This document shows, piece by piece, positions 8,976-18,678 of a DNA stretch of 64,000 bases. The stretch comes from Candidatus Latescibacterota bacterium (GTDB taxonomy: Bacteria; Latescibacterota; UBA2968; UBA8231). The stretch is taken from NCBI GenBank assembly GCA_965243025.1, contig CBDETY010000003.1, forward strand, positions 512,001-576,000, written 5' to 3'. The translations under genes and the position numbers were made by a program. The notes under the pieces are model-generated. The model searched no databases and was not told the DNA's origin. It saw nothing but the letters and a program-made list of their open reading frames with translations. Each line of letters begins with the position of its first letter. The stretch's first letter is position 1.

Positions 8976-10559
8976 TTACGGCCTGAAGGCCGTCTGCACC
9001 CCGTACTGCTCGTCGTCCCTGAGGGCGTTCCGGTGTTTGAGGTACTCGACCACCAGGAAGACGTCGTGCACGGAGACCGGGTCGACGAGGCGCTCGTCCT
9101 TCTTCAGCAGCTCGACGCGCAGCTCGTTGGTTCCTTGCTTCGGTACCCTGCCCCTGCTCAGGTCGACGTGCAGGCGGTACCCCCGGGTGCCCGCCCCGGG
9201 GCGCATCTGGAAGACGTAGTCGGCTCTGCGGATCTCGCCGCCGTCGATCTCGCCGCCGTTCCAGAACAGGCGAACCTCGTCCTCATGCAGCATCTCGTGC
9301 ATCATCACCCGCAGCTCGCAGCGCCAAAGCTCGCCGGCCTCCTGCCTGGCGGCGATGTCGTCGGCGACGTCGAGGGTCACCGTCCGCGACTCGCCCGGGG
9401 CGAGTTGGTGCGGCAGCTGCTCGCTGAGCCCGTAGGTGACCGCCCCGGAGCGGTCGGGGCCCGGGCCGACGTAGAAGGTCTTGTCCCTGTGGGCGAAGAT
9501 GTCGGGGTAGGCGAGGCAGCGCAGGCGGGCGTAATCCTCGGCGGTGTAGGGATAGCGGTGGGGAGCCGGGTAGTAGCGGTGGTAGAGGATGCCCCGGGCG
9601 CCGGCATCGTAGGCGTTGGCGACCGCGGCGTTGTGAACGAGCGGGCCCTGCTCCTCGCCGATGCTGTCGAGGCCGGCGATCAGGGTCACCTCCGTGCCCC
9701 GGGTGAGCTCGGCGAGCTCGCGCAGCCGCGAGGTCTCGCTGGAGAAGTCACCGCCCACCGGCATGGCGATCAGGGTGTCGATCAGCCCCTCTCCCACCCA
9801 GGCGGCCAGGTCGTGCCCCATCGCCAGGTTGCCCGAGAGCGTGGCGGCCGCCCTGACGACGAGGCGCTTGCGGCGGCCCTGCCGTTCCGCTTCCCGGTCG
9901 CAGGCCTCGCGGATCTCGCGCACCCACTCGGTCAGCGTCGCCGTGTGCCCGGCGACTTCGCGGCGGGCGATGAAGGGGGCGTAGGTGTGGAAGTTGACCT
10001 CGATGCCGTCGGCGGGGTAGCGGCCCAGCAGCTCGCGCACGATCGCCATGCGGTTCTCGCGCACCTCGGGCACAGCGAAGGACAAGCGCCTCGGGTTGTC
10101 GAACTCCGCCTCGGGACAGTCCGGTTCCTCCCCCACCTGCCATTCGGGGTGCGCCCTCTCGAACTCGGAGACGCGGCAGTCGCTGACGCGGTCGTACGGG
10201 GTGTGGTGAAGGTTGAGCAGCAGGTGCGGCAGGAAGCGGAAGCCGCGCGACCGGGCGTGCTCGCAGACCACCATCAGCGGGTCGTGTCCGGCGGCGAGGA
10301 AGGCCTCGAAGTTCTGCGAGGCCCGGTACCAGACCTCGTGGTCGGCGAGCTCGACGTTGTGCCCCCAGCGCTCGCCGGCCTCGGTGGCGTAGAGGAGGAC
10401 GGCGCAGTCGCCGACGACGTAGCTGATGGTATCGATGCCGAGATCGAGGACCTCGTCGATCGGCTCGACGTACTGGCGGATGCCCATCGGCGGCTCGTAC
10501 AGGTAGACGCTAGAGTGGCGTCCGTCGGTCTCGAAAAGGATTTCATGCTGTTCGCTCAT
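8976..10559 (-). CDS. GH10-like (GHL10) TIM-barrel protein with C-terminal beta domain
   Basis: ILFETDG, DPLMVVCEHARSRG, HPEW, LSFAVPEVRE...DGIEVNF, DLAAWVGEGLID; same layout as 60698..62317. Confidence 0.6.
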   Translation of the reverse strand: MSEQHEILFETDGRHSSVYLYEPPMGIRQYVEPIDEVLDLGIDTISYVVGDCAVLLYATEAGERWGHNVELADHEVWYRASQNFEAFLAAGHDPLMVVCEHARSRGFRFLPHLLLNLHHTPYDRVSDCRVSEFERAHPEWQVGEEPDCPEAEFDNPRRLSFAVPEVRENRMAIVRELLGRYPADGIEVNFHTYAPFIARREVAGHTATLTEWVREIREACDREAERQGRRKRLVVRAAATLSGNLAMGHDLAAWVGEGLIDTLIAMPVGGDFSSETSRLRELAELTRGTEVTLIAGLDSIGEEQGPLVHNAAVANAYDAGARGILYHRYYPAPHRYPYTAEDYARLRCLAYPDIFAHRDKTFYVGPGPDRSGAVTYGLSEQLPHQLAPGESRTVTLDVADDIAARQEAGELWRCELRVMMHEMLHEDEVRLFWNGGEIDGGEIRRADYVFQMRPGAGTRGYRLHVDLSRGRVPKQGTNELRVELLKKDERLVDPVSVHDVFLVVEYLKHRNALRDDEQYGVQTAFRP

Positions 10560-10746
10560 CTCTCTTGACCTCCGTTTTCATTCGGTGTTTGTTGCCGCCC
10601 GGAAGCCATGCGGGCCCTCCGGTCCCCGGGGGGAATCGCGATCGGATTCCCGCTACAGACTTCACCCGACGAAGTTTTCCTCCATCTCCGCAAAACCTTC
10701 GAAACCTGCACATCGGCCCAACGCGCGACAACCTCGGAGCCCACCC

Positions 10747-11535
10747 ATGCTGACCCGGCAACAGATCGACTTCTTCGAAACCTTCGGCTTCCTCTGCCTG
10801 CGGCGGCTTTACTCCACGGAGGAGATGGCCGGGATCATCCGGGAGGTGGACGAACTGCTGGCCGCCAACGCCGGCAGGCGCACGGGACCCAGCCACCAGT
10901 CGGTCTCCAATTTCGTCGAGATGGGAACGAGGCTGGCGCGCCTGCCCGAGGAGGACCGCATCCACGGGCCGGTCGGGCAGCTGCTCGGGGAGGGGTTCGT
11001 CTGGGGCAACTCCGAGGGGGTGTCGGGCAGTTTCAACGAGACCAACGACCACCAGTGGCACAGCGACCGCGCCGGCCAGATCGACCTGAACTACAGACGC
11101 CTCAAGATCATGATCTACCTGCAGCCGATGCGCCGCGAGACCGGGGCCCTGCGGGTCATCCCCGGGTCCCACCACGCCCCCTTCCACCGCGGGCTTCTGT
11201 GCCTTCAGTCCCAGCAGAAGGGATCGGCGAAGGCGGCCTTCGGCGTCGAAGGGAGCGAGCTCTGCTCTCACGCCCTCGAGGTCGACCCGGGGGATGCCGT
11301 CCTCTTCGACCACTACCTCTACCACGCGGTGTACGGCAAGCAGAGCGTGCGGCGCTACATCGCCCTGAAGTTCGCCGCCAGGCCGGAGACCGAGACCCAC
11401 TACGAGGCGTTGGGGCCGCATAACCAGGACGCCTCGAGCCTGCACGACAGCTACCGCAACAGCGACAGGCCTCGCATCCAGGAGATGGTGAAGGGGCTGC
11501 TGGAGTGGGAGGAGAAGCTCGGCCAGGCCCTGTGA
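10747..11535 (+). CDS. PhyH family Fe(II)/2OG dioxygenase
   Basis: MLTRQQIDFFETFGFL, WHSD, GALRVIPGSH, PGDAVLFD..LYH. Confidence 0.88.
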   Translation: MLTRQQIDFFETFGFLCLRRLYSTEEMAGIIREVDELLAANAGRRTGPSHQSVSNFVEMGTRLARLPEEDRIHGPVGQLLGEGFVWGNSEGVSGSFNETNDHQWHSDRAGQIDLNYRRLKIMIYLQPMRRETGALRVIPGSHHAPFHRGLLCLQSQQKGSAKAAFGVEGSELCSHALEVDPGDAVLFDHYLYHAVYGKQSVRRYIALKFAARPETETHYEALGPHNQDASSLHDSYRNSDRPRIQEMVKGLLEWEEKLGQAL

Positions 11536-11656
11536 GCTTTCGTCATCCAGGCGCTGGCGGAGCGGCCCGGGGCGCGAGGCCGGAGAAAGATTCCCCGGCC
11601 GGGCAGGCCGCGGGAGGGCCGGCCGCCGTAAGCTCCGGCCGGGATTTACCGCCGGC

Positions 11657-12841
11657 CTAGGCCGCCCAGCCGGCGACGAAGTCGTCGACCTGGAACGGCG
11701 GCATGTCCTCGAAATAGTGGTGCATGGGCTCGCGGTTCTGGTACCCCGGCGCGAACTGCTTCCCGTCGGCGCGCAGGCCGCGGTCGAGGGGGCCGAACCT
11801 GCGCCAGATTTCTTCCGCTTCTCCCGCGCTGAAGCGCTCGGCGAACTGCGGTCCCCAGTTGATGGTGATAGAGTGCTCGCCGTCGGCCGCCCACCGCGGC
11901 AGCTCCGAGCCAGGTGGCTGCTTGAGGACGTGCACGTGGTAGGCGGCTTTCGACAGGTAGACCGTCAGCACCAGCTTCCCCTTGTTTCCCGCCCCCGGCT
12001 GCAGGCCCTCGACCGCTTCGTGAAAAGCCGCCCCGTCGCCGTTCAGCACCCCCCGCAGGGCCTGCTCGGTCAGGTCCTGGGCCCTGGCGCTGCCCCGGTC
12101 CCAGGACTCGAAGGCGGTGCGGCCTTCGGGGGAGAGCTGTTGCATGAAGCCGGTGTCGGCGTAGTAGGGAAAGATGCTGTGGCCCCCGTGGGCGGTGCGG
12201 CGCCGGGTGGTGCTGTAGTTGCTGCCCCAGTGCAGGAGGAAGTTGGAGTAGACGACGCCGTCCCCGGCGGCCAGCTCGATCGGCACGCCCCCGGGGAGCG
12301 GCTCGCGCGGGTTCTTTTTGAGCTGCCGGTCCTCCTCGGCGGTGTTGAGGCGAATGTGGCTTCCAGGCACCGCCCAGAAGACGACGTCGTCGTAGAGCGG
12401 GATGTTCCACTGCAGGTACCTGGGGCCGTTCTCCATCAGGTCCCGCTGCAGCACCGCCATCGGCGCCATGTCGAGGGGGTGGATGTCGCGGTGCCAGGCC
12501 GCCGGGCCGTGGTCCCGCTGCGGGCTGCACATCAGCATCATGCCCGCGACGGAGGCCCGCTCCGGGACGCTCAGCAGCTGGCGGGCGACCCCGAGGGTGT
12601 TCTCCCGCTGCCAGAGCTCGACGGTGCCGGCGGTCGCCGGGTCGATCAGGCGTTCGTAGTGGACGAGCCGGGGCTGGGCACCGGTCTCCCAGGTATCGCT
12701 GTTCTCCGCCGCCCAGGCCGCCTTCTGGCGCTCCACCAGGGTCTCGAACTGCACCCTGAGGTCTTCGAGCTCGTCCGGGGGGATGACGTTGGGAAAGATG
12801 ATGAAACCGTTGTCGAGCAGCTCCTGACGGTCGACTTTCAC
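11657..12841 (-). CDS. Long PhyH family dioxygenase with C-terminal extension
   Basis: GTG start with GGAG RBS; NGFII, WHRD, QWNIPLYDD, VPGSH, AGDGVVY..LLHWGSNY. Confidence 0.82.
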   Translation of the reverse strand: MKVDRQELLDNGFIIFPNVIPPDELEDLRVQFETLVERQKAAWAAENSDTWETGAQPRLVHYERLIDPATAGTVELWQRENTLGVARQLLSVPERASVAGMMLMCSPQRDHGPAAWHRDIHPLDMAPMAVLQRDLMENGPRYLQWNIPLYDDVVFWAVPGSHIRLNTAEEDRQLKKNPREPLPGGVPIELAAGDGVVYSNFLLHWGSNYSTTRRRTAHGGHSIFPYYADTGFMQQLSPEGRTAFESWDRGSARAQDLTEQALRGVLNGDGAAFHEAVEGLQPGAGNKGKLVLTVYLSKAAYHVHVLKQPPGSELPRWAADGEHSITINWGPQFAERFSAGEAEEIWRRFGPLDRGLRADGKQFAPGYQNREPMHHYFEDMPPFQVDDFVAGWAA

Positions 12842-13118
12842 GAGGTTGCTCCCGAATCGATGAGGGTGGTCGTGCCCCGCCTGCCGGGCATGGCGCCGGG
12901 GGGCAGAGGGATGTTCGAATACATTGCAGGGGGCCTGGACAGACAAAGTACTGGCAGCTTGCTGTAACAGTCCATCCGGGCTGCCGCCGGCCCGGGCGGT
13001 CGCGAACCCTTCGCATTGCCGCCCGCCCGGCAACCGTCCCTGACCGAATGAACCACCACAATTCCACCAGTTCCCCTCGATCGGGGATGCCGAAGGGCCC
13101 TCGCGGCCCCCGACCGGG

Positions 13119-14288
13119 TTGCTGAAGCCCGCCTTGTCCACCGACGGACGGTCCCGCCGCGGCATCGAGCTGTTCTGCTGGTACACGATGGCGACGGGAA
13201 GCGCCATCGTCGTCGGCCCCGCCGCCTGCCTCGGCGCCATCGCCGCCGAGCTCGGCATGACCTCGGAGACGCAGATGGGCCTGTTCCTCGGGCTCCCGTT
13301 CTGGGGCCTGGGGACGGTAACCCTGTTCTCCGGCTGGCTCGCCGAGCGGCTCGGGTACCGCCGCATGCTCGCCGCCTCCGCCCTGATCCAGGCGGCCGGG
13401 TACCTGCTCGTCTCGGCGGCCGAAACCATGCCGCAGGCGTTCGCCGCCATCCTCCTGGCCGGCCTCGGGCGCGGCATGCCCGCGGCCCCGCTGAACGCCC
13501 TGCTCTGCTCCCTGCATCCCGGCAACCGGACCGGGGCGATGAACGTCTTCCACGCCTTCTTCTACGTCGGCATGGTGGTGATCTCCGGGCTGGTCCTGGG
13601 GATGTTCGCCCTCGGTTGGGAGTGGCGCCGGGTCTTCGGTTCCTTCGCCGTCCTGGTGCTCGTCTTCGGCGCGGGGGCCTTGCTGGTGCGGTTCCCGCGG
13701 CCGCAGGCGGACGCCCCGGGCCGTCTCGACCTGCGCTTCCTGCTGCGGCAGCCGGCCTTCGCCTGGATCGGGCTCGCCATCCTGTTTTCCGCGGTCACCG
13801 AGATCGGGCCGTCCACCTGGTTCCCCTACTTCATCGAGAAGGCGGCCGGCAGCAGCCACTCACTCGGGGTGCTCAGCCTGGTGCTGCTGGGAACGACGAT
13901 GGCGGCGGGCCGTCTGGGGTGCGCGCGCATGGTGGCCCGGGTCGGCGTCCACGCGGTGCTGACCGCCTGCTGCCTGCTCAGCGCCGCCAGCATCCTGCTC
14001 GCCGCCCTGCCGGTCGGGACCTCCTTCACCGTCTTCTGGCTGACCGTGCTCGGGCTCGCCATCACCGTCAGCTACCCGACCGCGGTCGCCTGCGCCGGGG
14101 ACCGCTTTCCAGGCGCCACCCCCTCGATGTACGCGCTGCTCAACGGCGCCGCCCACGTCGGCGGCGTCGCCGGACCGGCGCTGATCGGGGCGGTGGCCGA
14201 GGCCGTGGGCCTGCGCCCGGCCATGGGGGTGGTGGCGCTGGCGCCGCTCTGCCTGCTGTTCGCGGTCAAACGCGCCCTGCAGCGCTGA
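13119..14288 (+). CDS. MFS transporter
   Basis: About 12 hydrophobic segments; GWLAERLGYRR motif A; start codon uncertain. Confidence 0.85.
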   Translation: MLKPALSTDGRSRRGIELFCWYTMATGSAIVVGPAACLGAIAAELGMTSETQMGLFLGLPFWGLGTVTLFSGWLAERLGYRRMLAASALIQAAGYLLVSAAETMPQAFAAILLAGLGRGMPAAPLNALLCSLHPGNRTGAMNVFHAFFYVGMVVISGLVLGMFALGWEWRRVFGSFAVLVLVFGAGALLVRFPRPQADAPGRLDLRFLLRQPAFAWIGLAILFSAVTEIGPSTWFPYFIEKAAGSSHSLGVLSLVLLGTTMAAGRLGCARMVARVGVHAVLTACCLLSAASILLAALPVGTSFTVFWLTVLGLAITVSYPTAVACAGDRFPGATPSMYALLNGAAHVGGVAGPALIGAVAEAVGLRPAMGVVALAPLCLLFAVKRALQR

Positions 14289-14419
14289 AGCCGATTTCCG
14301 TCCAGGTGGACTTTGGGCACAGCCTTTGCAGAATGGCCATGAAAAGACCAAGTTCTTCGGACCAAGTCGGGAAAGGATGCAATGCCCACCGTCCGTCCAA
14401 CCCTAAGGAAAGAGGTGAC

Positions 14420-15025
14420 ATGATGCTCAAAAAAATGACCCGTTACTCGATAGCAGCCCCTTTTTCGTTCCTTCTGTGGTTTCTGGTGGAACCTGCCGTC
14501 GCCGAGCTGAGTCAGAACATCGCCCTCGACGGCGACTACGCCAGCGGGTTCGTTATCGGAGGGGATGCCTGGACAGCTTCGAGCGGGGGGCAGGAAGTCA
14601 CGTTGGTTTTCAGCGGCCGGGATCTGGTGGACGTCCGCCAGCTGGAGGTGATTCTGGAGCCCGTTCCGCCCAGCGCGTTCGATCTCGAAAGCGCTGTGTT
14701 CAGACCCACCGAACCTCTGGTGACCCTCGGCAAGGGGGTCGAAGTGATCGAGGGGGACCGGCTGCGCCTCGGCGGAGCGAGCGTCTCCGAATCGATCGAG
14801 GGAGATCAGGAGTTCGGAACCTTCACCCTGCTAACGAGCGACGGGTTTACCTCCGGGACGGGCGCGCAGCTCGAAGTGACTTTCCTGTCGCTGGGTCCCA
14901 CCTCCGATGACCGCGATGAGTACGACCAGGAGAACCTCGGTCTCGGTGTCGTGGTTTCGGAAGATGTCGAAACCGCTGCCGAAACGTCGACCTGGGGACG
15001 CATCAAGGCCATTCTGGCACGGTAG
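14420..15025 (+). CDS. Secreted beta-rich hypothetical protein with C-terminal 'STWGRIK' tail
   Basis: GAGG RBS; signal peptide (KK...FSFLLWFLVEPAVA|E), acidic beta-rich body, ends TAAETSTWGRIKAILAR; lower GC3 than neighbours. Confidence 0.7.
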   Translation: MMLKKMTRYSIAAPFSFLLWFLVEPAVAELSQNIALDGDYASGFVIGGDAWTASSGGQEVTLVFSGRDLVDVRQLEVILEPVPPSAFDLESAVFRPTEPLVTLGKGVEVIEGDRLRLGGASVSESIEGDQEFGTFTLLTSDGFTSGTGAQLEVTFLSLGPTSDDRDEYDQENLGLGVVVSEDVETAAETSTWGRIKAILAR

Positions 15026-15028
15026 TAG

Positions 15029-15094
15029 GTACCGTCCGACTTCGACCGGATGGGCTCCGCCGAGATCGAGGCGTTGTTCGAAGGCGGCTCGTGA
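15029..15094 (+). pseudogene. C-terminal remnant of a Phd/YefM-type antitoxin
   Basis: Reads VPSDFDRMGSAEIEALFEGGS*; its stop overlaps the GTG of the PIN toxin; no start or N-terminal domain, preceded by TAG TAG. Confidence 0.65.
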
Positions 15095-15477
15095 ATCTCC
15101 TGCTCGACACGCATGTCCTGCTTTGGGCTGCGGGTGAGCCCGACCGGTTGCCTGCCAAGGCGCGCAGTATGATAGAAGACCCGACTTCGGAACTGGTTTT
15201 CAGCGCCGTATCGCTCTGGGAGGTTGCCACCAAGAACAGCTTGGGACGGGATGATTTCAGGGTCGATCCGCGCGTGCTGCGCCGGGGATTGCTGGAGCAC
15301 AACTACACGGAACTCGTGGTAACCGGCGCCCATGCGGTGGCGGTTACCACGCTGCCGCCGGTCCACAAGGACCCGTTCGACCGGCTGCTGGTCGCCCAGG
15401 CGCAGATCGAAGGGATGACGCTGTTGACGGTGGATGAAGTAGCCGGGCGCTACCCGGGCCCTGTCCAATTACTCTGA
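15091..15477 (+). CDS. vapC: Type II toxin, VapC/PIN domain
   Basis: LLLDTHVLLW, SAVSLWEVATK, HKDPFDRLLVAQA, LLTVD; 128 aa. Confidence 0.92.
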   Translation: MNLLLDTHVLLWAAGEPDRLPAKARSMIEDPTSELVFSAVSLWEVATKNSLGRDDFRVDPRVLRRGLLEHNYTELVVTGAHAVAVTTLPPVHKDPFDRLLVAQAQIEGMTLLTVDEVAGRYPGPVQLL

Positions 15478-15495
15478 CGAACCCGCCCTTCCTGT

Positions 15496-16467
15496 TCAAC
15501 CTCCGGCGAGCACCGATTCGATCACGCGCAGGGTCCCCACCGCATTGGCTGCCGTGAGCAGCGGCTCCGCCCCGTCGAGCACGCAGTCGTGGAAATGCTC
15601 GATCGCCGGCGTGAACGGGGCCACCCCGTTGTCGAAGGAGACCACCTCTTCGCTCGTTCCCGAGCGGATGACGAGGCTCGACCGTTCCTGGGGATGGTAG
15701 GGCCGGGGGATCTCGATCGCCGCTTCCCTGCCGAACAGCACCGCTCCCTGCCCCCCGTAGGCGTCGAATCCCCCCTGGATCGAGGCGGTCCGGTCTCCCG
15801 GGAACTCCAGGATCAGGGTCGCGCGCGTGTCGACGCCGTACTCCGGATCGATCAGGACCTTGGACTGGATGCCGGCCGGTTCCTCCCCGAAGGCGAAGCG
15901 GGAGAAGGTGATCGGGTAGGAGCCGCCGTCGTAGAGGCTGCCCCCGCCCAGGGCGCGGTTCATGCGGATGTTGTCGGTCGGCCGCTGGATGGGGAAGCTC
16001 ATGTGGGCGTGCAGCTGCAGCAGCTCGCCGATGGCCCCCTCGTCGAGGAGCCGGCGCAGCTTCAGGGTCTGGGGGTGGTAGAGGAAGACGAATGCCTCGA
16101 AGAAGACTACCCCCGCCTCTTCACAGGCCGCCACCATCGCCTCGGCGTCGGCCGCGGTGGTCGCCAGCGGCTTTTCGCAGAAGACGTGCTTGCCGGCGGC
16201 AGCGGCCGCCTCGGTCCACTCGCGGTGCATGGTGTTGGGGAGGGGGTTGTACACGGCGTCGACCTCGTCGCTGGCCAGCAGGCTGGCGTAGTCGTCGAAG
16301 ACGCGCGGGATCCCGTGCTCTCCGGCGAACGATTCCCCCCTTTCGGGGCTGCGGCTGGCGACCGCCGCCACTTCCCCCCGCCGGGTTTCCCGCACCGCGG
16401 GAACGAAAGCGGTTTCGGCGATGCGGGCGGTGCTGATGACTCCCCAGCGCACCTTGTCTGCGCTCAT
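15496..16467 (-). CDS. Gfo/Idh/MocA family oxidoreductase
   Basis: VRWGVISTARIA, DAVYNPLPNTMH, KHVFCEKPLA, GGGSLYDGGSY; GGAGG RBS. Confidence 0.92.
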   Translation of the reverse strand: MSADKVRWGVISTARIAETAFVPAVRETRRGEVAAVASRSPERGESFAGEHGIPRVFDDYASLLASDEVDAVYNPLPNTMHREWTEAAAAAGKHVFCEKPLATTAADAEAMVAACEEAGVVFFEAFVFLYHPQTLKLRRLLDEGAIGELLQLHAHMSFPIQRPTDNIRMNRALGGGSLYDGGSYPITFSRFAFGEEPAGIQSKVLIDPEYGVDTRATLILEFPGDRTASIQGGFDAYGGQGAVLFGREAAIEIPRPYHPQERSSLVIRSGTSEEVVSFDNGVAPFTPAIEHFHDCVLDGAEPLLTAANAVGTLRVIESVLAGG

Positions 16468-16547
16468 GTAGATCCTCCTTCTCTGGTCGGGCTTGCGAAT
16501 CCCTGCTTTTCCCAACGGCGGAAAGCGGTTCCCGCCGGACTGGGAAT

Positions 16548-17333
16548 TCAACCCCCCTGACGATCCGGCCCGGGGAGCAAGCGGGCGAGGTGCTCGTCGG
16601 CGGCGTGATCTTCGTTGAGGCCCAACTGCATGCGCAGCAGCTCCTTCTGGCGTTGGCTCAGCCTGTCGTACGACGCCGCCGGGAAACCGTCGTGGGGATC
16701 GAGCTGGAACATCAGCATCGACTTGCGGTAGTGGGCGAACAGGGCGTGGCGGTTGCGGCCGGTGCTGTTGGCGCCGCCGGCGTGCCAGCACTGGCCGTTG
16801 AAGACCAGCACGCTTCCCGCCGCGGCCTCGGGTTGAAACACGTGCCTGACCTCCATCCCCTCCGGCGGGCCGGCGAGGCCGCTCTTGTGCGAGCCGGGCA
16901 CGATGCGGGTGCCGCCGATCTCGGGGCTGAAGTCGTCGAGCATCCACACGGTGTTCATCATCACCGGGGAGACGGGGTTGAGCATGTGGGCGGGTATGTC
17001 GCTGTGGAAGTCCTGCTCGCCGTCCCCGGGCCGGACGATGCGCGAGCTGAGGCTGCCGAGGATGAGGGTGGTGTCGAGGAAGTGCTCGAGAACCGGCAGG
17101 ATGGCGGGATGGTCGATGACCTGGAAAAAGACCGGGTCGCGCCCCGGCAGGTTGGGGACGAGCAGGGAGGTGGCGTTGCGGTTTTCGTACCCGTGCAATC
17201 CGATCTCGTCGCCGCAGCGGACGAGGGCGCTTCGCAAGGCCTCGATCTCGCCGGGATCGAGGACCTCCGGAACCAGGGTGAATCCGTAGATCTCGATTTC
17301 GGCAACCGCCTGTTCGAACGGGGTCATGGGCAT
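16548..17333 (-). CDS. PhyH family Fe(II)/2OG dioxygenase
   Basis: YGFTLV, FHSD, WMLDDF, GGTRIVPGSH, CWHAGG. Confidence 0.88.
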   Translation of the reverse strand: MPMTPFEQAVAEIEIYGFTLVPEVLDPGEIEALRSALVRCGDEIGLHGYENRNATSLLVPNLPGRDPVFFQVIDHPAILPVLEHFLDTTLILGSLSSRIVRPGDGEQDFHSDIPAHMLNPVSPVMMNTVWMLDDFSPEIGGTRIVPGSHKSGLAGPPEGMEVRHVFQPEAAAGSVLVFNGQCWHAGGANSTGRNRHALFAHYRKSMLMFQLDPHDGFPAASYDRLSQRQKELLRMQLGLNEDHAADEHLARLLPGPDRQGG

Positions 17334-17410
17334 CCTTTCGCCGGGGCGTCGCTTGTTTCCGCGCTGAAATGCGGTTTAATGTAGCCCAAAACCGCAACCA
17401 GGAGCTGCCG

Positions 17411-18415
17411 ATGACACCTGAGGACCGGGCGCAACGACTTCAGGTCGACACCATTCACGGGCGCCATCTCGAAGACAACCGGCTGGGGGACCCCGCCCTC
17501 CGCAACCTCGCCGTGCTGCTGCCGCGTTCCTACCGCGAGTCGGAGACGCGGCGCTACCCGGCCGCCTACATCCTGCACGGCTTCGGCGGCACCGCCTGGT
17601 CCTGGGCAAACGACTTCTCGCTCTCCTCGGGACCGGGCTGGCGCTCCTTCCTGCACGCCGCCGACGAGCTGATGCGGGGGGAGAGCTGCCGCGAGATGAT
17701 CCTCGTCGCCCCCGACGGCCACAACCGCTGGGGCTGCAGCCAGTGGGTCGACTCGGGGATCAACGGCAACTACGCCAGCTACGTCGCCGACGACGTGGTG
17801 GGGTACGTCGACGCCCATTTCCGCACCGTTCCCGAGCGCAGCCACCGCCTGGTGACCGGGGTGTCGAGCGGCGGCATCGGGGCCTTCCACGTCGGCGGCT
17901 GTTTCCCCGAGATCTTCGCCGCCGCCGCGGTGCGCAGCGCCGACATCTACTTCGAGGTCACCCATGTCCCCTGGCTCGTCGACCTGGTCAACGCCTCCTG
18001 GCCGCAGGGGTTCAAGGGGCCGATCCGGGACAACTACAACTCCTGGATCTGCTACGGCCTCGCCGCCGCCTATTCCCCCAACCCCGACAACCCCCCGTAC
18101 TGCGGCGACCTGCCGATCCGCTTCCCCAACGGCGACCTCGACGAGGAGGTCTGGGAGAAGTGGCTGCACTTCGACCCGGTCCGGGCCTGCGAGAGGTACG
18201 CGGCCGCCTTCCGCAGCATGCACCTGTTCACCGACTGCGGATTCCGCGACGAGTACCACTTCCACCTCGGGCACCGCATCCTCCACGAGCGCCTCGAGGA
18301 AGCGCAGGTGCCGCACATCTACGAGGAGTACGACGGCAAGCACGGCGACCTGAGCACCGAGCGCACCCTGCGCGTGCTCGAGTGGTTCGACGGGATTATT
18401 CCCGATGAGGGTTAG
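17411..18415 (+). CDS. Alpha/beta hydrolase, putative esterase (Fes-like)
   Basis: VLLPRSY..RRYP, LHGFGG, GVSSGG nucleophile elbow, DCGFRDEY, EEYDGKH; GGAG RBS. Confidence 0.85.
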   Translation: MTPEDRAQRLQVDTIHGRHLEDNRLGDPALRNLAVLLPRSYRESETRRYPAAYILHGFGGTAWSWANDFSLSSGPGWRSFLHAADELMRGESCREMILVAPDGHNRWGCSQWVDSGINGNYASYVADDVVGYVDAHFRTVPERSHRLVTGVSSGGIGAFHVGGCFPEIFAAAAVRSADIYFEVTHVPWLVDLVNASWPQGFKGPIRDNYNSWICYGLAAAYSPNPDNPPYCGDLPIRFPNGDLDEEVWEKWLHFDPVRACERYAAAFRSMHLFTDCGFRDEYHFHLGHRILHERLEEAQVPHIYEEYDGKHGDLSTERTLRVLEWFDGIIPDEG

Positions 18416-18678
18416 CCGCGCCCGCGGGTCCCGAGTGGAACTCGGGCCGCCCCGGATGGGGAACTGCCCCGGGCTGAAGCCAGGGGTGCGACCCGGGGCA
18501 GCCAAGGCGGGTCAGAAGGAATTGCCGAAACCCGGGGTGTGGCCGGTAAGCCGCAAGGCCGCAGCCTCGAGTGCTGGCGGCGGCACCGGTTCGGGCGATC
18601 CTGGAGCCGTCGAGCCGGATTCAGGGGATTGCGGGCGGCCCCCGAAACCCGAGATCGAACCCCGGCGGTACCGGCAGC

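Noticed and set aside
15023-15028. TAG TAG readthrough (pyrrolysine or recoding) fusing the secreted protein to the antitoxin tail
   Set aside because: TAG ends many genes here, two consecutive stops make readthrough unlikely, and the TWGRIK tail fits a true C-terminus.
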